From positions 1 through 36,141 of the forward strand of contig SNRW01000043.1 in NCBI GenBank assembly GCA_008636045.1: a DNA stretch of 36,141 nucleotides, in the 5' to 3' direction. The translations under genes were made by a program, and so were the position numbers. Below, in pieces: positions 23,586-33,200 of the stretch; positions within the stretch are counted from its first letter, which is position 1; each line of letters begins with the position of its first letter. The notes under the pieces were generated by a model. That model was not told where the DNA came from. It worked only from the letters and a program-made list of their open reading frames with translations, and did not search any database. This DNA comes from Streblomastix strix (Eukaryota).

Positions 23586-24081
23586 TCTATTATATTAGTT
23601 AAGAATTAAAAAACTGAAAAAAATGTGAATTAAGACAAATTATACTGTGAAAAGCTCAAATTTTGATGGATTAGTTTTCGTATCAATATTTATCTCAACC
23701 GCTTTGTAAAATCTCATGTACGTAATGTTATGAATAAGTTAACTATATTATGTTTGAATTAATATAATATATATGTATAATATATCCACAATAAATAGAT
23801 AAATGCTATTTTTTTTATAATTGTTCATTTGAGCCAGTGTGAATTTTATTTACAATAAAAATTAGATTATAATAAATAAGTTCGTTTTGTATTCAAGAAA
23901 TAAAATGATACTGCAAAAATAAACCGAAAGAACTGAGAAATTTGAGTTCCAAAAAACAAGTCAAAAAAGATCATTGATTTAAAAACAAATCATTTGTAAT
24001 TACCTAAAAAATATCCCCATAAAATTTATTAAACTATTATAAATGAATTATTTTACATAATAAAATCAAAAAAATCACAAT

Positions 24082-25844
24082 TCATTGCAATTATGACCTG
24101 GAAACTTGAAATGTTTGAGATTTCTCCTTCTGATTAAGTTGAATAAGCGCGTTCTTCAATAAGTTTATGGAATAAGTCGTAGCAGGTACAAATTATATCT
24201 TTTCTCTCTCCTCAAACGTAGTTCTGCCCTTGGATTAGCCAAGAAGAATAACAACAGATGGGTTTGCAAATATCGTTAAGCACACAGCAGAGGCCATAGT
24301 CCTTTCTTCACGTTCACCTCTATCCAATCTCTCACTTTCAGCACTCAATATATTCGCACATATCTGATACATGCATTTCATAATATATCTAAGAGCACGT
24401 TCATCAAATGCAGGTGGTATATGAGAAGGATTATTTAGTTAAGGAGGTTAATTGGGTTAATTAATTCCAGCTCCTTGATCTGTTTAAATACCAACTCCTG
24501 CACTAACAATAGAATCAAGTAGAGTGAGTAATGTACGTAATATCTGATCTGTAGCTTCTCTTCTCCTTATGGAATTAGATGCACCATCAGGTCCATGTTC
24601 AAGAAGTTCAATTCCTTATAATTCGCCTTCCAAATTAAGCATATTATTCATCATGATCAAACAGATCTAATTAATTATGAATATGAATATGAATATATAT
24701 GTTTATTAGTTAATTAGAGTATTATTTATAATGATTCAATATTATAAACCATTCGTCCTTTATCCTTGTCTCGTTATAGAATGAGGCAGAATGTGCTATT
24801 TGATTAAATGGGAAAAACAGAAAAAGATTTAAAATAAAATAATTAAAATAATGTAATAGAATATATACGTAAGAATATCATGTTCATAAAGCATCTTCAG
24901 AACATGTGGGTCAGCTTTCTACAAGATAAAATTAAGTAAGAAATTTAGATAAAACAAATTCTATAATTTTTCTGACTTAAAATTTCATTCACACCAAAGA
25001 GAAAGAGTTGAAAAGTTCAGCAACCTTCCATACAAGCTCCCAGCACTCCTATGGCACTGAGTGGCCCTTTCCTACACTGAATTAAATTATTTAAAATATG
25101 GAAAATAATAAAATAGAGAAAAAATGTTTGAAAAAAATAAATATACCAATTATGAATATAATAGTATAATAACTAAGCAAAAAATCTGGGAATTTGAGCT
25201 ATTTTTTAATAATTATAAAAAGAATAAAAAGTAAGATTAATATTATAAATTATGTACATTTGGCCAAAAGAGCGCATGTTTCAGCATTGTTGATAAGGAC
25301 AAAGAAGACTCGAAGTGCTCGATTAATACGCTACAGCGTTCTGTATAAATAATCTTTAAAAATAAAAAATCGGTTGAAAATATCTTATGCATACTCCTGT
25401 GATACTTTCTATCCCTGAAGAGCAGCTTATAGAGCAGTATTCAATAGAGCTAACTCATCTAATATTATGCGAATTGTTCCAGTACTATGCCAGAGGAACG
25501 GGGCAAGGAATCTATCAAACGGAGGGATTTAATATAGCTATTAGAAACATTAATATAAATCAAGAAATAACGCAAGAATCTTATCTTACTTCAAAAAGTT
25601 CCTGAAATGCTCGCTCTCTCGTTGCTGGTGCATGTAACTGAGTTATCAAAAGAGGAATTCGCGGTGGAATAAGGCGATGGTCTTGCATTTCCATTTGAGA
25701 AAAGCCGTCATAATCCCAGCATGCTGAAATTGCACTGATTGCGTTCTTGGAGCTCGGAAACAGCCCCGGCAACATAATATCGCCTGATTGCATAATATTT
25801 TCATTTTCTATTTTAATACCATTTAAATCTGCTGGTTGGATCAT
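24082..25844 (-). CDS. CNOT9: Divergent CCR4-NOT subunit 9 (RCD1/Caf40)
   Basis: Eight exons; introns 25589-25538, 25394-25341, 25257-25199, 25146-25072, 25024-24915, 24868-24796, 24749-24667. Colinear Rcd1 motifs: PATRERAFQEL, LAPFLWHSTGTI, RINRAL, IPRF, LSAIGVLGA, RALRYIMKC. Confidence 0.8.
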
Positions 25845-26116
25845 ATTTTATTATGGTTCTATTTATAAAATAAATAAAAATTTAATATGCATCAAATATC
25901 AACCGAAAAAAGTTGATAAAAGCTAATAAAATAAAATTTTAACATTTATATATTGCAATATAATTAAATTTATCATAATTTAGCAAAAATAATGAACGGG
26001 TGCCCAACATGGATTAAAAAATAAATTTTTAAAAATTTGCCTCTTGAATTACATTTCCAAATTAATATTTAAATTATTTCAAGTAATTTTATATTTTTAT
26101 TATGATTTTTGTCAGA

Positions 26117-28288
26117 ATGCTTGTAAATACACAACAACCTGAACTTTTTAACTAAACTTAATCCGATTAATTTATTCATTCCTCTTTGCGTAATAATCGT
26201 TAGGATGGTGTTTATATTGCACTTCCTCGTGCTCCTGATGCTCCAAAAATAGTTTATTATCCAGCAAAGAAAATTAATATTGATGGGTTATTAAATGGTT
26301 CTCCTCATAAACACAAGACTAAATTGCCTAAATAAATTAACTAAGAAGAAGAAATTAAATCACCTTAACTTCCAAAAACTAAATTTGATAAAGAATCTAA
26401 AAGATTATAACCATTCTTTGACAAATTAATAGATGCATAACAATAAAAAATTATAAATCCAAAACAACTCTCAGAGTCATAGAAGTCAGTCAACAAATAT
26501 TATTTACATTCTGAAATTGAAGAATAAAAAAAGAAAGGAAGAAAAGAGAGAGAAATTGGATTAGTTCTGATTAATCTTGAAAGATCAAAAGAAGCTGAAA
26601 TTGAGACTAAAAATAGAGCTGAAAATGAAGAAATAGAAGAAAAACAACTTGAAAATGAATAAGATTAATAAATCAGAGAGATTGAAAGGCAAAGAATGTA
26701 AGAAGAATAATAATAATGGGAAATAGAAAGAAATGTAGAATTAGAAAGACAGAGAATGAGAGAAATTGAAAAATAATAAGAAGAATAGTATGAGATTGAA
26801 ATGAAGCATCTGCGCAAACTGTAAATAGAAAAAGAGAAGTTTTGGGAATAAGAGAAACTTCATGAATAAGAGAAAGAAAGAGAAAGAATAAGAGAAAGAG
26901 CATTTTATTAGGAAAGACAATAATAATGGGAAGAACAAATGGAGAAATAGAAGGAACAATATAAACAGCGAATAGAGTAACTTGAGTAATAAAGATAAAG
27001 AGAACTTGATTTAGAACAGGAATTAGAAAGAGAAAGAGAAATATAATGGAAATAAGAGAGATAGAAAGAATAATAAAGAGATTTGGAGAGAGACTAAGAA
27101 TTGAAGATGCAAATATAGTCTGAGAAGGATAAATGGGACATGGAATAGAAGTTGAGAGATTAGATGATATTGGAATAAGAAAGAAAAAGGATATTGGAAA
27201 TTGAAAGGAAAAGAGCAGTTTAGGAAGAATTAAGATTTCAAAGAGAAATAGATATGGAAAAGGAATTATTGAGATTTAAGGAATTGAAAATTGAAGAATA
27301 AAAAATAAAAAATTAAGAAATAAAAGAAAAAATTGAAGAATAAAAATTGAATAAAAATATTAATTTATCTGATCACAATATATAAACAGAAGATTCTCAA
27401 TATCCATCTTAGCAGATGATCAAAGAAAGAATTATAAATAATGATTAAATTCTTGTTTAATAATAATTAAATGATAATTAATAGTAATAAATTAATAATG
27501 AGCAATAACAATTTCAAACAACAGATAAACAAAATAGTTTTGATTAGAAAAAAGAAAAGAAAAAAAATAAAGAGAAAGAAAATGATTCAAAAAAGAAAAA
27601 GAAAAGATTCAATTTAAAAAATAAAGAATAAGAAAAGAAAAGAAGAAAGAAAAAAGATAATATTCATAATTAATTTTCTAAAAAAGAAATATACTATGAT
27701 TGTCTACTTGATGGAAGTGAAAGTGACAGTTGTTTTGAATAAATCATATTAAACAGGAAGAAGAAAAACAAAATTAAACATTCATCTTCAAAATCATCTG
27801 ATTCAAATTCATCTTCTTCATCTTCTTCTTCTAAAAATTCAAAATGTTCTCAAATTCCTCCTTATTTTCAAAAATAAAAAGAATTAATTAATAATTATGC
27901 GAATAAAGCTAATATTTTATCAGATGAAATTGATGATGAATTTAATATTGATGATCCTAAATACTTGAATAAATATGAATGTAGTCCAGTTACTTCATTT
28001 ATTGGGGAAATGGTGTGGACTAAAGATCCATTTATTGGAGAACCTATATCATCTTTCATTTCATCTAAATTGTAAGTAAACCAAAAATAAGGAATTGAAA
28101 GTAAAAATTAAATTCAAACAGAAATTGATATACCTACAAAAGAAGAAATTCATAAACATAATCGTAAGAAACATCAAATGTAACGAGCAATTCGTGAGGA
28201 TTACGCTGAAAAAATGGCACGAATGATTTTATTGCCATAAATTGGTAATTAATTAACTAATGCAAAAGAAGAAAAACAACCAGATTGA
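26117..28288 (+). CDS. E/Q/R/K-rich coiled-coil protein of unknown function (about 723 aa)
   Basis: Continuous frame from ATG 26117 when TAR=Gln. First TGA at 28286-28288, second in-frame TGA at 28301-28303. Long charged helical region at about 26520-27350. Confidence 0.75.
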
Positions 28289-28398
28289 GAATATTTCACT
28301 TGAAATGGATTATAATCAATGCTTTACACATATACTTTGTATTAATATATTTAAAATTATGCAATCAGTAAAATAAATTTATTAGAATAAACAAGTCT

Positions 28399-29296
28399 TC
28401 AATGATGAGTATCAGAGTTGGATAAGAATGGAATGGGTAATGAAACAGAAGCAGTGATTTTTTATTCAACTTCTGCAGCTAACTGTTACAATCTATCTCT
28501 GGCCTTTGCAATTTCTACTTATGCCAGATGAATATCCTGCAAATTAAAAAATCAATAATATAAATTTTACAAAGAAATTATAGACAAACTGGTGGTAATT
28601 ATTGATACAAATATAATTCTTTTGATTGTGCTTTTAATTCACTCAACATCTTATTTATTTCAAAAAAAAAAAATGAAAATAAAAATTAATAAATGAATTT
28701 TTACAAACAATTTTTAGCTTTTCTTTATCATCTACTATAGTCTTGTGAGCTATTTTACTATTCTCTCCTGTGTATCCTCGTTGAGCAAGTTTTTATTACA
28801 TCTCATTAATTTCTTAATCAATTTTTTCACTCTTCTGCATATTATCCCATGCTATTTATTCCATTCTACTTGTTTCTTATTCCATTAATGTTGCTGCACC
28901 TTGAAGATTTTCATTAATTCTGTTTAAAACGAAATAAGCAACTGAATTAAATATTCAAAAGTTGTTTAACAAACATTTCTAAATTAGACATTTTCTATTC
29001 AGCGAGTTTTCTAGATTCGTCAATGAGCAATTTTCTTTCGCTTAGTGTTGAAAAAGTCATTTCGCGATTAAAAAATGCATTTTAATGATGAGCTAATGCA
29101 ATGTTAATACTGAAATATCAAAAAATGTTAATTGAGATGATAAATTTAAAACAAACTCAGTCATTGATGGAGTTTCAATATCCAGTAAGACTGCTATATC
29201 GGTTAAAGCATTAATATAATTCAGTAAATCAGGTGATAAATTTGATTCTGATATTCCAAGCTAATCCAGTGCAGAAGTTAGTGTTTATTATTGCAT
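28399..29296 (-). CDS. HAUS1: Augmin/HAUS complex subunit 1 (about 227 aa; N-terminus may be incomplete)
   Basis: Exons 29296-29157, 29109-28975, 28919-28709, 28649-28590, 28536-28399 (684 nt). Motifs LDQLGISESNLS..YINALTDIAVLLDI, LAQRGY..IAHKTIV and YQQLPPDIHLAQVEIAKAR match the HAUS1/AUG1 pattern (Y.DLPP...LA...I). Confidence 0.8.
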
Positions 29297-30251
29297 TTAA
29301 AGTTTCTACTTGATAAAATAATATGGAAATTAAAAAACTGTTTATAATACAAAATTTGATTTCATGCATATTTCAGAAAAGTTATCAAAAAACATAATTA
29401 ATGTAGTATTATAGTCGGAACGCAGTTTTTAAATTTTCCTTTATATTTGAAGATTTATATATTATTATAGATTAACTTTATTAAAATAATATTAAAATTA
29501 TTTTTATACATAGATTTAATCAATTTAAATATTATTTTGTTAATAAAAAAGAGCACAAAAAGCGCTTTAAGTAAATATGAAATAAAATGTAATAAATAGA
29601 TAAATGACAAATTAAAAATATTTAAAAATAGTGCAAAATTGATTTTTATAAAATACTGAATAAAAATATAAATAATTTGTATAATAAATAAATAAAGTCA
29701 AAAAAATTTGGACAAAATTTTTAAGCTTGGAATTATTTTTAATCAAACAGATTTGAAAAATAATAATCTAAAAATACACAAAAATATATTTTAAGTGTTT
29801 ATATTATATTTTGTTTTATTATTTTAGTTTATTTTGGAGTTTTATTTTTTGTGATTTATTTTACATTTATTTGAATATTCAATATTTAAATTTAATTATT
29901 TTAGTTAAAATGTTCCTTAATTTATTATAAATAATTTAATTTTTATTTGTAACTTTATTTATATATTCATACTTTCGATATTTTCTTTTTTTTTTACTGT
30001 TTTATTTTTGTAATTTCTTGTTCTAAAAACTTAATTTATTTATTTATTAACTATATTTTTTAACTATTTGCTTAATATATCTAGTTTATTCTCTTGAACA
30101 ATTAAAATATTAAGTGAAGATGATTTAGAAGAGAGAAAAAGAATGAATAAATGAAAAAAAATACATAATAATTCTTTAATTATTTATTTTTATTTATTTT
30201 ATTCCCAACTCATTTATTATTTATGATTTTCTTTCCATATTAAGAGAGAAA

Positions 30252-33200
30252 ATGGAAACAAATGAGCCAGATGTGAAGAGATGTGGAAGAGACTAACAAT
30301 TATTCGCTATGAATTTGATGATGGAGCTTTCAAGTGATAGCATGGTCAGATTGAAAACTGAGTTTTAATCACGTGAAATACAAATGGCTGATGTATATAT
30401 TTCATTTCCATTTATTATTTTATTTTATCTACAATTATATTTTCATATTTTCTAGTTTATTATGCTGATGGAAGAGTATTTGCCAAATATGTACTTTGAC
30501 GAGAACTGTATTCGCAATCTTGTTAATTTATTTGAAGAAATAGATGTCAATGGAGATGGAGGAATGGAATGGGACGAATTTACATAGTTCATTATTGAGT
30601 CTGCATTTACTGTACAATCTGGAAACTGTGGTCAAAAGATTGTATATTTATTAATACTATTTTGGATAATATCGCTGTTAATTTCATTATTTTATTATTT
30701 CATTTTATTTCTTCAAGTATAATTTTATAGCTGATGTATAGATGACTGATAGAATATCATTTATGTCTTACTCACCAATTACACGTAGATTGTACTGTGC
30801 GGAAGAACATACAAATAATGTGATTATTATAAATCCTACTGTTTGCTCTTAAAAATAATAAATTACATTCTTCTATTATTAATTTTATTGTTATCCAATT
30901 ATAGAATGGGACACATATATCAACAATCACTGGTCATACAGGCACTGTAACCAGTTGTGTTTATATTCCATAATGGAGAGTACTTGCAACAGCCTCACTT
31001 GATTAGACTATTGCACTTTGGGACGAAGATTCTGGATTTTGTATCTGCTTCCAAACATCAGCTCTTGAAAAGGTTTATTTTATATTAAATTATATTTATC
31101 CTTATTTAATTAATTATACTTACAGGAAGATCCGCATGTTCAAATGGTCTTATATTGGGATTAAAATCATGAAATGTTGTTTTCTGGTGGAATTAATGGG
31201 AGAATAAATATATTCACAATTACAAACAATGAAAAATGGAAAGTGTGTATTTACTATATTTATGTTATTCATTTAATATAAAATATAAATCTTTTTTTAT
31301 TCTGTTCCAAAGATTGTAAATAGTGGTATTCTGCCTGAAGATAAAGTGCTTTTGAAAAAGAGACTTGATGTTCTAAGATCAGTTCAAATGTCTCAAACTC
31401 TAACTAAAAGAACATTGAATTAGTCAATGGAGAAATTAGAAAATATTGGAAATAAGAATAAGGAAGAAGATAAAGAAAAAGAAGAACAGGATCCTGATGA
31501 TGATGAATTGAGCTCATGATTTGATGGTGTTGATGGAAATCTAACAAACAAAAGTGGGAATTTAACTGAAAAATAATCATAATCATAATTGGATGTAACA
31601 ATGAACCTTCCTGATGAACAGTTGGAATAGAAATATAAGAAGATTGAATATATGTTCAGACTCTCACTTCCAGGTGTTGTATCTAAGACTATTGTAGATA
31701 AAAGAAAGAAAAGAGATTATTAATTATAGAAAGAAGAAGAAGCTAAACAACCAAAGAAGACCAGGAACCTTAAAATAGTAATGAATAACATTGAAGAATA
31801 AGTGAGAAGAGAAGAAAGAGCATTAACTCCACAGTAACCACCAATAAGTCCGTTTTAATTATCAAATTAATTCCCAACTCTTGATTTTACTGAAAGAGGC
31901 AGAATTCTGAGACAATCAGGGAAGATTAATAATGATAAACAATAATAAGTTGATGCAAGGAGTAATGAACTGTCTTTACAGCAACTATAAAGAAGAGCAT
32001 CGAAACTATCTTAACTCTGGACATCTGTTTAAGGACACTTTGATTTAATCACAGCAATTGTAGACATACCAGGAACGACTCATTTAATTGCTTCTTCATC
32101 AAATGATGGTAATATTCTGGTTTGGGATGTTAAAAGGAAGATGGTCAGAACTCAGCTGAAGAAACATACAAATGCAGTTACATCATTATTATGGCATAAT
32201 ACTGGTAAAGTTCTTATTAGTGGAGGTTTGGTTATAATATTCAAACGAAGAAAATAAGAAAATTATTCAACTATATATTATTATTTGTATTGTAATTTAG
32301 GATCTGATAGTCGAATAGTCGTCTGGAATCCACTTCTTTCTCGGAACCAATACTCATTTCAACTCACTTCACACAAAGGAATTATTAATTCACTCAATGA
32401 GATTCCAAATACGATGCAATTTTTGTCAATGAGTCGCGATGGAGTAATCAAAATGTGGGATCTAAGAAATGGTATCGTGATTTAAATACTTTCGTTAGAC
32501 ATGTTTTCTGGGTTGAATGTGCCACTTCCAAATTAAGTAAATTATGCACAAGGAAGTGATTAGAATAATGAAACAGCTGCACAGAAACCAAAAGCTGGAG
32601 GAAGGAAATAGTTTATTTCAAAATAGATGATGATAGCTTTGGGATTAAAAGAGTATTCATCATCTATTGTATGTGATAACATGTCATGTAGAATGATAGT
32701 TGCATCACATAGACTTCACTATTTTGATTATTTTGTACCTGTAAAGAAATCTGGACTGATGAATGAAGGACCAAATGACAATGAAGAAGATAATGCATCT
32801 AATGAAGAAGATAAGGAAAAAGAAAAAGTATTTATCAATATAGATAGATTTGTTATTCATTCATTCTAATATATTATTTTTAATTAAATTTATTTTCATT
32901 GTATTTTAAAGGAGATATAAGAAAGAAAGTTGGATAGAGAGAAGAGAAGAAAAGAATTATAAGCTCGTTTATGCAAAAGTGGAGTCATTTAATATGACTT
33001 TTAATATAAAGATGAGAAACCTGATAAGAAATCAGATGAAGTTTAACAAAAAGACGGATTTCCCTTACCTGGGACATATGTAGGCAGTAATCGCTTAAAA
33101 GCGAAAGAAGAATATAGATTGAATATATCCAGAAGGGGGAGAATGAAATATCCAAATTCAACAATGAGATTGGATCTAAACACACATGGACTTGGGAGAA

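Noticed and set aside
29400..30240. A-rich to T-rich switch resembling a long inverted repeat or MITE
   Set aside because: No specific base-paired arms or target-site duplication were seen; it is explained by T-rich leaders of two divergent genes.
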